Virus record (IMG/VR): IMGVR_UViG_3300044953_000493
Span: 1 to 59,970 of that record
Source of the DNA: a virus
Lineage: Duplodnaviria > Caudoviricetes
Direction: 5' to 3' (one strand)
DNA: 59,970 bases
The first letter of the stretch is position 1. Each line of letters opens with the position of its first letter. Both the position numbers and the translations under genes were made by a program. The notes under the pieces are model-generated. The model ran no database searches. It was not told the DNA's origin and worked only from the letters and a program-made list of their open reading frames with translations. Below are positions 48,469 through 56,447 of this stretch, piece after piece.

Positions 48469-48494
48469 GAGTTTCGAAAATGTTTTCGAAACTC
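48469..48494. terminator. 12-bp inverted repeat GAGTTTCGAAAA/TTTTCGAAACTC
   Basis: Immediately after the stop at 48500; no clear T tail. Confidence 0.45.
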
Positions 48495-48499
48495 GATCT

Positions 48500-48916
48500 T
48501 CATACAACTTTTTTAAGTGCTTCACAGGGTATTTTAGTCAGTTCAGGTTTTTTTAACTTATTAAATTGATACATATTGTAGCATACCCATTCATCTTTTT
48601 TTGTAAATACATAAGCATATTCTTCTCCATCAGACAAATACTCTTGAAGAGAATTATCTAAATGAGGAGGACAATCTTCACCACGAGCAGAATAATAGAG
48701 TGGGCCAGTTATAGACAGAGTTTCATTTTGCCAACCAGTATTTGTCCACAAAGAACTAATGTCACCACCATCAATTAGTTCAGAAACTTTATTACGAGTG
48801 CTGAAATGTTCTTTGAGTTTGACACCATTGTGCTCAGGATAACCGTCATAATGACAATATATTGAGAGAATGGAACCATTCTCGAGTTCAAGACCGATGC
48901 GTGAGCGAGTTGCCAT
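48500..48916 (-). CDS. conserved phage early protein
   Basis: MATRSRIG...SIYCHYDGYP...EEYAYVF; behind element copy 9. Confidence 0.85.
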   Translation of the reverse strand: MATRSRIGLELENGSILSIYCHYDGYPEHNGVKLKEHFSTRNKVSELIDGGDISSLWTNTGWQNETLSITGPLYYSARGEDCPPHLDNSLQEYLSDGEEYAYVFTKKDEWVCYNMYQFNKLKKPELTKIPCEALKKVV

Positions 48917-48964
48917 TTGAGTGTTGTTTCTACACTATAAGGACACTTTCAGGGGCCCAAAAAA

Positions 48965-49114
48965 TTATTTTTCTAATGAAATATCTCCTTTACCTTTTAA
49001 TGATTTTACAAAAAGTTCTGTAAATCTTTCTTGTTTTTTTGGATGCACTGATTGTGGATAACCTGTAATTGCCTCTCTTAAATAATTCAGTTCTTTTCTT
49101 TCTTCTTCAGTCAT
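48965..49114 (-). CDS. small hypothetical protein (MTEEERKELNYLREAI...QERFTELFVKSL)
   Basis: 49-aa ORF read manually. Confidence 0.65.
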   Translation of the reverse strand: MTEEERKELNYLREAITGYPQSVHPKKQERFTELFVKSLKGKGDISLEK

Positions 49115-49565
49115 TTTGATTTTGTGTTGAAATACTAACATTATTTAGACTTTTACAATTCTTTTTCGTTTCTTTCCAGTTTTTTAAGTCTTGTTCTTGA
49201 TACTCTATGTAAAGTGCATTATGAATATCCATAAGATCATCAATCCAAAATGCCTCTGGATAAACACCCAAAGTATTCATTAATCCTCTATGAGAGGTTC
49301 CTTCTTTTTCTGCCTTACAGATAAGATAACAAAGTGCTTCCACTGCCTTATACTTATCTTCGACAGAAAGCATATGATACCATCCTACAGATGTCTCAAT
49401 ACTTTTCTGATGTGCTTTTGCAAGATCTTCTCTCATTTTTATCATTTCTGGTGAATTCAGAGACTCTAACAAAGTATGTTTCTCTGATTGTTCTTTCTGA
49501 AACTTGGGAGAATCAATCAGTTCTCCTGTGAAAACTTCGTTAAAACCAAATGATTCATTCATCAA
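49107..49565 (-). CDS. hypothetical protein
   Basis: 152-aa ORF overlapping its neighbours in an operon. Confidence 0.7.
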   Translation of the reverse strand: MMNESFGFNEVFTGELIDSPKFQKEQSEKHTLLESLNSPEMIKMREDLAKAHQKSIETSVGWYHMLSVEDKYKAVEALCYLICKAEKEGTSHRGLMNTLGVYPEAFWIDDLMDIHNALYIEYQEQDLKNWKETKKNCKSLNNVSISTQNQND

Positions 49566-49770
49566 ATGCTTCTCCCTCTTGTTTTTTTATCATTCCTTCA
49601 ACCTTATCCAGAAACTTATCAGTTTGAATTAGTTGATCCAATTTTGCAATCATATCTGCAATCACACAAGAAACATAAGGAGGTTCTTGACGTGCAGAAT
49701 ATGAAAGTGCATTTCTCAAATAACCCTCTGCCTCTTTTACACTTTCTTCCACAGATTTAGATAAAGCCAT
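49555..49770 (-). CDS. hypothetical protein
   Basis: MALSKSVEESVKEAEGYLRNALSYSARQE. Confidence 0.75.
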   Translation of the reverse strand: MALSKSVEESVKEAEGYLRNALSYSARQEPPYVSCVIADMIAKLDQLIQTDKFLDKVEGMIKKQEGEAFDE

Positions 49771-50234
49771 TACGATTCCTCCACTTTACGAATCAAATAA
49801 GAATCTTTAGTTAATTCTACCCATTCTACATTATCACCAGGAGTAAGGTTTGCTGCATTTAATAAGTCTTCGGGAAGAATAATGTAATACTCACCATCTG
49901 CCTCTTTCTCTACTGGTAATAACCACTTAATTATCTTATCTTCTTTTTCTGATTCTGAAAACATCCAATCATTTTCATCAGTCATATCATCATAAATATT
50001 CTCCTCAACATTTTCTTGAGTTTCTGTATTAAATTTTTCATAACCTTTCAGAAGATTGAAAAGTCTTTTTGATTTTTGATAATGTATCTGATGGTGCTCT
50101 ACATTTTCTGCAACATTTTCTATGATTGTATCATAGATTTTCTCGGCACTGATATTTTCTTCACTTATTGCATCGTGCAGAAATCCCTCAAGTTGTTCAA
50201 GTGTATGTTCTGCGTGATTGAAATGAATGGTCAT
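49770..50234 (-). CDS. protein with a C-terminal AbrB/MazE/SpoVT-like domain
   Basis: GEYYIILPEDLLNAANLTPGDNVEW. Confidence 0.6.
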   Translation of the reverse strand: MTIHFNHAEHTLEQLEGFLHDAISEENISAEKIYDTIIENVAENVEHHQIHYQKSKRLFNLLKGYEKFNTETQENVEENIYDDMTDENDWMFSESEKEDKIIKWLLPVEKEADGEYYIILPEDLLNAANLTPGDNVEWVELTKDSYLIRKVEES

Positions 50235-50431
50235 TTGTTGTCACCGATAATAAAATTTTCAAGAGTTTGCATTTTACTTTTAAGCATTTCAATATCAACT
50301 TCAAGTTCGTACAACATATTATTTATTCCTATATTTTCCTCTTCAAGTTTTGCGAGTCTTTTTTCAAGAGAAGGTTTATAGCACTCATTTTTCATCATAT
50401 GTTGTAATTCAACTTTCTTATGATAGGACAT
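50231..50431 (-). CDS. coiled-coil hypothetical protein
   Basis: LEEENIGINNMLYEL. Confidence 0.7.
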   Translation of the reverse strand: MSYHKKVELQHMMKNECYKPSLEKRLAKLEEENIGINNMLYELEVDIEMLKSKMQTLENFIIGDNK

Positions 50432-50464
50432 TTATTTGAATTTGGCAAGTGTCTTATATCGGTT

Positions 50465-50662
50465 TTAGATCTGATTATTGATAGGTTCAATTCCAAGACT
50501 TGCAATCACTTCTTGTTGTTTCATAAAAAGTTTAAGTATACCTTTAAGTGCATTGCGAAGTTCTTCAATATCATCACACTCATCTATTTCTCTTACCTGA
50601 ACATGATATTGAAAAAGTTTAGATGTATTTGTAAGAACAATATCGTCGGGGTGAATATTCAT
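50465..50662 (-). CDS. small helical hypothetical protein, possibly NblA-like
   Basis: Size and pattern (LT..SKLF...REIDEC..IEELR..LK..LKL.MKQQEV) resemble phage NblA-like proteins; unverified. Confidence 0.4.
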   Translation of the reverse strand: MNIHPDDIVLTNTSKLFQYHVQVREIDECDDIEELRNALKGILKLFMKQQEVIASLGIEPINNQI

Positions 50663-50692
50663 ATGATTCAGAGTTTTAGTATATTTAGGTTT

Positions 50693-51151
50693 TTACCAAT
50701 TCATTAAATTAAAAATATAAGAAAGTCCCCAGTCTAATGTATGATGAGGAATATCATATAATTTATCAAAAAGTATTGTTCGTGCCTTAAGTATTCTTTT
50801 TTTACCGATTGCATTAAGATTACAAACAGAGGCAATCATAAACTCTTCGTAATCTTCTTGTTTTTGTTGTTTAAATCCAGAAATATAAAGTTCTCTTATT
50901 TCTTTCATAATCTTTTTGGTTTCTGGTGCAAATGTAATCACCTCATCACCTAATAAAATAGTTTGAGTTTTCATACATTTCATTGAGAACTTCATTGCTG
51001 TTCTGGTATCTTCTAATGAAAGTGCATCAGAGTTTTGATTTCTGTGCATATGTTGTATCACACCATTTGTGCATTCTATTAGTCTCAAAAGAGCAAGTTT
51101 ATCTTGTTCTTCATCAGGCAATGAGTCAAATATGGTTTTCCAATCTTTCAT
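50693..51151 (-). CDS. hypothetical protein
   Basis: 152-aa ORF in an operon. Confidence 0.75.
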   Translation of the reverse strand: MKDWKTIFDSLPDEEQDKLALLRLIECTNGVIQHMHRNQNSDALSLEDTRTAMKFSMKCMKTQTILLGDEVITFAPETKKIMKEIRELYISGFKQQKQEDYEEFMIASVCNLNAIGKKRILKARTILFDKLYDIPHHTLDWGLSYIFNLMNW

Positions 51152-51152
51152 T

Positions 51153-51539
51153 TTACCCTAAAAGTTTTTTAAGTTTTTCTAAATTTTGAATCCACCACGG
51201 TGAATTTGTTTCTGGAAATTTATATTCTTCAAAATACTTTGCATTTGGACCACATCTACCACTTTCTAATCTTTCAATAAAACAAAAGTTTATCTGCTCC
51301 TTACCAGTCACGACAGAAACTTTATTTTTAATTTGAGGACAGGTGCATTCGTCGTATATTGCCGATCTATAAAGAATAAATGATTTATAGTGCTTACAAT
51401 CTTTACAATAAACATCACTTTCGGCATAATCCGTCTGGAAATTAAATTCCATATTTTTGATCATCAGTCTGTCCTCAAAGTCCAATGTTGAATATAAGTA
51501 AGCCAAGGTTCTTCTTTTTGTTTCATTGTCGCATACCAA
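51153..51539 (-). CDS. Cys-rich (CxxC) hypothetical protein
   Basis: YCKDCKHY...C...ER...CGPNAKYFE. Confidence 0.65.
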   Translation of the reverse strand: MVCDNETKRRTLAYLYSTLDFEDRLMIKNMEFNFQTDYAESDVYCKDCKHYKSFILYRSAIYDECTCPQIKNKVSVVTGKEQINFCFIERLESGRCGPNAKYFEEYKFPETNSPWWIQNLEKLKKLLG

Positions 51540-51630
51540 TGCCGTCCGAACTCATCCAGAGCATCAAGATGATGAACTCCATGAGTGTCAATTGCGCGAG
51601 TAATATGTTGAAATGTTTTTGGTTTAGTCA

Positions 51631-51867
51631 TCAAGCAACTCCATAAGCTTCAAGAATTGCACGAGCAACAGTAATCGCAAGATCTTTGTTCCCGATGCTC
51701 ATATCTTCACGAGCACTACCTTCACAGGAAGTAATGAAGACACCATCATCATCGGCAATGAGTTCTACACGATAGGATTGTTTTTCGGCAACATTTTCAA
51801 GAGTGAAAACATCAATCTTGCTACGAAGAATATCAGTATCAGGAAGAGAAGTGTAAAAATTAGACAT
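51631..51867 (-). CDS. hypothetical protein
   Basis: Likely start MSNFYTS with an upstream GGAGG. Confidence 0.65.
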   Translation of the reverse strand: MSNFYTSLPDTDILRSKIDVFTLENVAEKQSYRVELIADDDGVFITSCEGSAREDMSIGNKDLAITVARAILEAYGVA

Positions 51868-51942
51868 TAGTTTGCCTCCAAAGTTTGTTTTTGAACATAA
51901 CGATTGTCTGTTGAAGTTATTCACTGAATGATGTTAACATGG

Positions 51943-52116
51943 TTATTCTACTTTACAATCTGGATGCCACACTTTAAGTTGTTTACAATACTCTTGTTTT
52001 GCAGTTTGTTTATCATATGCATCAAACAGTTTGTCATCACGTTGAGTGAGAAATGCATTCCAACCAAGTATAGCTATGAAAGCAAGAAAAATGTAAGTAG
52101 TGTTTGTGAATTTCAT
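51943..52116 (-). CDS. small membrane protein (MKFTNTTYIFLAFIAILGWNAFL...CKQLKVWHPDC)
   Basis: 57-aa ORF read manually; the overlapping plus-strand ORF is its shadow. Confidence 0.7.
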   Translation of the reverse strand: MKFTNTTYIFLAFIAILGWNAFLTQRDDKLFDAYDKQTAKQEYCKQLKVWHPDCKVE

Positions 52117-52122
52117 TGTAAA

Positions 52123-52299
52123 TTAAGATAACTTTTTATGCAGCATGATTGCAAGTCTATCATTGAAATGTTTCTCAATATCATTCCTTATTTGTTGCCA
52201 TTCATCAGATGATTCAAATTTGGCAATCTCATCATCAATCTTGCTACGAAGAATGTCAAGAAAAGTAATTTGTTGTTCAGTAGGATTGAGAGTAGTCAT
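52123..52299 (-). CDS. small hypothetical protein (MTTLNPTEQQITFLDILRSKIDD...)
   Basis: 58-aa ORF directly behind the promoter at 52323-52378. Confidence 0.65.
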   Translation of the reverse strand: MTTLNPTEQQITFLDILRSKIDDEIAKFESSDEWQQIRNDIEKHFNDRLAIMLHKKLS

Positions 52300-52609
52300 T
52301 GAGTTTGTTTGTATATGAGAGTATTATAGGGCAAAACCACTCCCTTATGAGAAGTAGTGTGCCGGTTCGTCAAATGTCTTTTTACTTGTTTTTTCGATAA
52401 ACGCAGTTTATTCAGAATCCTGATATTATTCTACATTCATGAATAATTCAAGGTATTGATTTCTCGGTGTTTAACAATTTCCTCAAAACATTCACCTAAA
52501 GTTTCACAATATCCAGAGAACTTATCAATATTCTCTGGTCCATCTTCCAGAGCCCAGATGTAATTTTTAGTCTCTGTTTGTTCTATTTCAATTTTCATAG
52601 TAATTTACC

Positions 52610-53044
52610 TCAAATTTTATAATCAACATTGTGAAGAATTTCTTCAGTCATTGCCTCCACTTCTTCATCAGTATAATTTGGATTATCAGGATCTTGAAGA
52701 CGTGAAAGTTTAGCAGACAAATCACGAATCTTTGAAATTAAGTTCCAGTTTTCTTTTTCTAATTCTATTTCACGACGATTTAAATTGTACTCCTTTATGA
52801 CTTTCTTCATCAATTCTGAACTTCTAAAGTCATTAAAAGCCAAAGAACAAGCACCAGACATAATACTTTGTTCATTATGTCCGATAAAAAGAAGAAACTT
52901 CTCAAATGCTCTGAACATTTGAGTTGCTGTCAAATCATTACAATCAAACTCATATACAAAGTTTTCATTTGGAAGAAAATCATCAGTATTTTTGAAGTCA
53001 GAAGTTGCTTCATATTTTAGAGTTGCTTTGGCAGTATAAGTCAT
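52610..53044 (-). CDS. hypothetical protein
   Basis: 144-aa ORF; PDNPNYTDEE. Confidence 0.75.
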   Translation of the reverse strand: MTYTAKATLKYEATSDFKNTDDFLPNENFVYEFDCNDLTATQMFRAFEKFLLFIGHNEQSIMSGACSLAFNDFRSSELMKKVIKEYNLNRREIELEKENWNLISKIRDLSAKLSRLQDPDNPNYTDEEVEAMTEEILHNVDYKI

Positions 53045-53223
53045 GAAAAATCCTCATCATCAAAAGTAAAGTATTCGTGAAGAGACTCCATTACCTGCTC
53101 TTCAATATAATCACAGATAACTTCTTTACTTGGGTTTTCATTATGCTTAAAGGCACGAGAATAGCCTCTTTTTACACCTTGTTCAACTGCCATCTCTATG
53201 ATAACACGAATTTTCGGTTTCAT
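53041..53223 (-). CDS. hypothetical protein
   Basis: AVEQGVKRGYSRAFKHNENP. Confidence 0.75.
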   Translation of the reverse strand: MKPKIRVIIEMAVEQGVKRGYSRAFKHNENPSKEVICDYIEEQVMESLHEYFTFDDEDFS

Positions 53224-53303
53224 TTGTATTATGAATTTACCCTCTTATTATAGGGCATTGATTTGAATTTGGAAAGAGGCTTGTGCCAGTTCCTAAAGTA
53301 TTC

Positions 53304-53489
53304 TTATCTTCTTTTCTTTCTATCAATCACTTCTACAGATTTACAATATGGAGATTGAATCCATCGAGAATAAACTTCATCATACCATTCCACAATTTCT
53401 ACCTTACCACTTTCCATATGCAGTTTATACTTATGTCGATCATAAGACTTATCAGAAGTTTGTGTAAAAAATTTAGGTAATCCAGTCAT
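53304..53489 (-). CDS. hypothetical protein
   Basis: FTQTSDKSYDRHKYKL. Confidence 0.75.
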   Translation of the reverse strand: MTGLPKFFTQTSDKSYDRHKYKLHMESGKVEIVEWYDEVYSRWIQSPYCKSVEVIDRKKRR

Positions 53490-53692
53490 AAAGATGCTAA
53501 TTCCTCTGCAAGTTGTAATAAATCAGATTTGTCTAATACTACCAAATCATTTTGTGCATTATAAGATGTAACTTGTTCTGCAACAAGTTTGAGAACCGAT
53601 GATAATAGTTGTTCTTCTGTCATATTCTCATCAGAATTACGAATACTCCAAACAGAATTTATAAAATTTTGTGCTCTTTCAGTCATTATCAT
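53486..53692 (-). CDS. hypothetical protein
   Basis: 68-aa ORF behind a class-2 promoter. Confidence 0.7.
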   Translation of the reverse strand: MIMTERAQNFINSVWSIRNSDENMTEEQLLSSVLKLVAEQVTSYNAQNDLVVLDKSDLLQLAEELASL

Positions 53693-53802
53693 TCTCTTTT
53701 GTGTTTGAATTCAATTGGATTAGACATTGATTTTTTACTTTTATAGTATAAAGCACCTCAACTCAAAAGTCAAGGTGCTTGTGGACTGTTTATGAAGTGT
53801 CT

Positions 53803-53970
53803 TTAGGTAATTAAGAGTCTTCTACAAATTCGTTTGCAAACTTGTGCAGTATCATTACACTCTGTAAGACACTCAAAATAATCATTTACCTCATTGTTTT
53901 CTGTTTCTCGAAGACGACTTTCATTTTGATATGAAAATGCAAGTTCATTGAATGAAATTAAATTGTGCAT
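53803..53970 (-). CDS. small Cys-rich protein (MHNLISFNEL...DYFECLTEC...CKRIC)
   Basis: 55-aa ORF read manually; AGGAG ribosome-binding site. Confidence 0.7.
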   Translation of the reverse strand: MHNLISFNELAFSYQNESRLRETENNEVNDYFECLTECNDTAQVCKRICRRLLIT

Positions 53971-54121
53971 AATACTCTCCTAAAGTAAATGAAATTTTTT
54001 AACGAAACCTTTTTTAGTTCATAGGCATCTTAAATTCTAATTATATTTATGAGGATATCAACACATTCTTCATATAAATTCATTTACTTTCTGTTGAATT
54101 TTTTCTATGATTTTTTCATAT

Positions 54122-54723
54122 TTTCTGATTGATAATCTTTTTAAAATGGAATTTATCATCCAAAAGGGATGATGAATGAACATCCATTTTGCTCTTTGAA
54201 GATTGACGATTATCAGTTTGAAAGATATTTATTTATTTTTTGGATTTTCTTTTGGTTTTTCCAAATCCTTTTTTTCTTTTAATTCTACCTCCACCGTTTC
54301 TTCGGTAATTTCTTCTTCAGTTGGAAAAGTAACTCCAGTTTGCTCAAGATACTCAATTGCACCTTGAACTTTAAGTGACATATCACGTTTTAAATTTAAT
54401 TGTGATGTCAGTGCATTAATATCTGCATTGAGTTGTTTTTGTTGTTCAACTAATTGTGAAAAGTGTTTTTGTGCTTCAGTCATAGTACGTAAATGTTTTC
54501 AAGATGATTATAGAAAATAAAAGTTTAAATGTCAAGAGCTCCAAGGAATTCCTGATGCTCTTGTGGGTGCTTTTTATTCTTCAATTAAATATTTTATATT
54601 TTTTTGTTATGAATTAATTTTATTTCTGATTGATAATCTTTTTGAAATGGGATTTGTTAGCCAAAAAGGATGATGAATGAACATCCATTTTGCTCTTTGA
54701 AGATTGACAATCATTAGTTTGAA
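54122..54723. repeat. ~101-bp diverged direct repeat (54122-54222 and 54623-54723)
   Basis: Offset 501 nt; 9 mismatches counted by eye; flanks ORF 54229..54483 and its promoter. Confidence 0.88.
54229..54483 (-). CDS. coiled-coil hypothetical protein, paralogue of 58783..58986
   Basis: LKVQGAIEYL versus LKLQGIVEYL; perfect TTGACA-N17-TATAAT at 54507-54535. Confidence 0.75.
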   Translation of the reverse strand: MTEAQKHFSQLVEQQKQLNADINALTSQLNLKRDMSLKVQGAIEYLEQTGVTFPTEEEITEETVEVELKEKKDLEKPKENPKNK

Positions 54724-54816
54724 GGAGAGTCCAACATAGATTGCAACATTTTCGTCAATCACCATCAAATAAAAAATAATTAAAAATGGTATGAAGAAAA
54801 GATAATAGACTAACAT
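54607..54816 (-). CDS. small membrane protein, C-terminus probably replaced
   Basis: Hydrophobic N-terminus; 3' half duplicated downstream. Confidence 0.6.
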   Translation of the reverse strand: MLVYYLFFIPFLIIFYLMVIDENVAIYVGLSFKLMIVNLQRAKWMFIHHPFWLTNPISKRLSIRNKINS

Positions 54817-54838
54817 TTTCTTACTAAAAATGAAGAGG

Positions 54839-55039
54839 TTAATTACTATTTAAGAGATTCCAATGCTCATCTTCTGTTTCAGACACCCAGAAATCGTGAT
54901 TTCCTGATATTGAACTTACAAAAAGTTTACCATTTTTCTTCTCTTTTACTTTACAAGAATGCAAACAACGCATTTCATTTACAAAGTATTCTGATGCCTC
55001 AGAAGATCTTGGTTTGACATAGATAAATTCTGATTTCAT
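54839..55039 (-). CDS. hypothetical protein
   Basis: YVKPRS...LHSC...LFVSSISG...FWV...DEHW. Confidence 0.75.
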   Translation of the reverse strand: MKSEFIYVKPRSSEASEYFVNEMRCLHSCKVKEKKNGKLFVSSISGNHDFWVSETEDEHWNLLNSN

Positions 55040-55116
55040 TGAAAGTTTGTGACTTTGTGACTATTATAATAAAAAAGGGAGTCAATGAAGACTCCCTTGT
55101 GACAGTATTAAAGGTG

Positions 55117-56289
55117 TCAGGGTTGAGAAAGAGTTAGACAATCACCATCAGGGTCAAACTTGATGTTTTTGCCGTATACATCGACAAGACCCTCTTCGGT
55201 AGGACGACCTTTATCTTTAGGATTTGGTTTGGTATATTGACCCATGAATCCAGCAAGTTTCACAGGAAAATTTTCCTCATCCAAAGAACTTGACTGTCCA
55301 TCACCAACAATGTTATTGGCAAATTGTACAAACAATTCCTTTATATCATTGAAATCTTGAATATAATCCTTACGGAATTCTTCAAGATCATCAACACGAT
55401 TAGGAGAATAACCAATAATCCATGCAGGAATTCCTAGACGCGTAGCATGTGCAATACAACGAGCCCAAGTTGATTTGTTATCACCATTCCCTGCACAATA
55501 AATGATGCAACCTTGCTCAATCAACTCTTTGTCAGTGCGCTCTTCAATACCTTGCTTAGCAAATCCATGATTCTTAATGAATCCATTCAAAGTATTGTCC
55601 CCATGACCAGTGGAGTTGTAAGTACGGAAGTTAGGAAATACCTGACAGGTATTGTAGCAAGAATTTTTGATGCGTCGACGAACTTTTGCAGTCTTATCAG
55701 AAGCAATCAAATCAACAAAACTGTCGATAGAAGATTGATCAGAAGGAACAACACCTGCATCAACAGCGTTGCAGACTTCTTTTTGATAATCGCGCCAAGT
55801 CTGACTCAGTTGCGGATTGCTGTGGTGATTTGATTGGTTGCGAGCAACAATCTCCCAGTAGCGACTTTCGAAGTGATAAATATCGAATAAATAGCATTCC
55901 TGCCCAATACGATCAAGGGCTTCCCTACGATTATATCCAGCGAGACCTTTCAATTTAACTTTGCTAGCATCAGAATCATCAAAACATGTGATAGGTGGCG
56001 TTGCGTCACAACGATAACCAACGGTTTCGTAGTTATTTGTCAGGTTATTAACATGATCCGAATCATTATTTTTATCACGCGGTTGCTCCGATTCATCGTA
56101 TCGAATAAAATTAATAGGAATCAGATAACGACCCAGATGCTTAGATCCTTGATAATCCATCGGAGGAGCTTGTTTAATACTTTGTCGAAGAATTTGCTCA
56201 TCCAATCCCAGAGGATTGCTACAAGTCTTCAGTATTTTTGCCCAAACCATCAAGGTCTCGACGGAAACATAGTGTGTTTTTGGTTGCAT
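55117..56289 (-). CDS. hypothetical protein with a ParB/Srx-like N-terminal motif
   Basis: PPITCF...LAGYNRREAL resembles the ParB-N G-x-x-R motif; likely start MQPKT at 56289. Confidence 0.55.
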   Translation of the reverse strand: MQPKTHYVSVETLMVWAKILKTCSNPLGLDEQILRQSIKQAPPMDYQGSKHLGRYLIPINFIRYDESEQPRDKNNDSDHVNNLTNNYETVGYRCDATPPITCFDDSDASKVKLKGLAGYNRREALDRIGQECYLFDIYHFESRYWEIVARNQSNHHSNPQLSQTWRDYQKEVCNAVDAGVVPSDQSSIDSFVDLIASDKTAKVRRRIKNSCYNTCQVFPNFRTYNSTGHGDNTLNGFIKNHGFAKQGIEERTDKELIEQGCIIYCAGNGDNKSTWARCIAHATRLGIPAWIIGYSPNRVDDLEEFRKDYIQDFNDIKELFVQFANNIVGDGQSSSLDEENFPVKLAGFMGQYTKPNPKDKGRPTEEGLVDVYGKNIKFDPDGDCLTLSQP

Positions 56290-56447
56290 TGAAGTTACAT
56301 AAAGTAAAGTTTCAAAGTGACTCAACAAAAGAACTAAGTTCTCTTTGTTTGAATCAAGGGTATCATACAAGAATTTAGAACTCTCGTCAACCCTCTGGTG
56401 AGAAGTAATTGTCTCTCACATTACTAGAACACTTTAAGGGGCCCAAA

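Larger units (their letters stand above)
52323..55118 (-). promoter_or_regulatory. second promoter class, 4 copies: upstream GACA-N9/10-TGTCAC-like dyad plus TATAAT/TATACT
   Basis: Copies at 52323-52378, 53247-53303, 53745-53801, 55063-55118; the box starts exactly 36 nt from the -10 in all four. Confidence 0.75.
38285..56445 (-). repeat. dispersed 26-bp intergenic element, 10 copies, consensus TGGGCCCCTGAAAGTGTYCYTATAGT; probable early promoter
   Basis: Copies at 38285-38310, 39161-39186, 39356-39381, 41348-41373, 42404-42429, 45868-45893, 46124-46149, 47256-47281, 48934-48959, 56420-56445; same orientation, no indels, each ends in a -10-like hexamer. Confidence 0.9.

Noticed and set aside
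38285-56445. 26-bp repeats as a CRISPR array or integron attC sites
   Set aside because: Spacing is irregular (0.2-7.5 kb), the intervening DNA is genes, there is no attC-like dyad and no cas or integrase gene is in the window.
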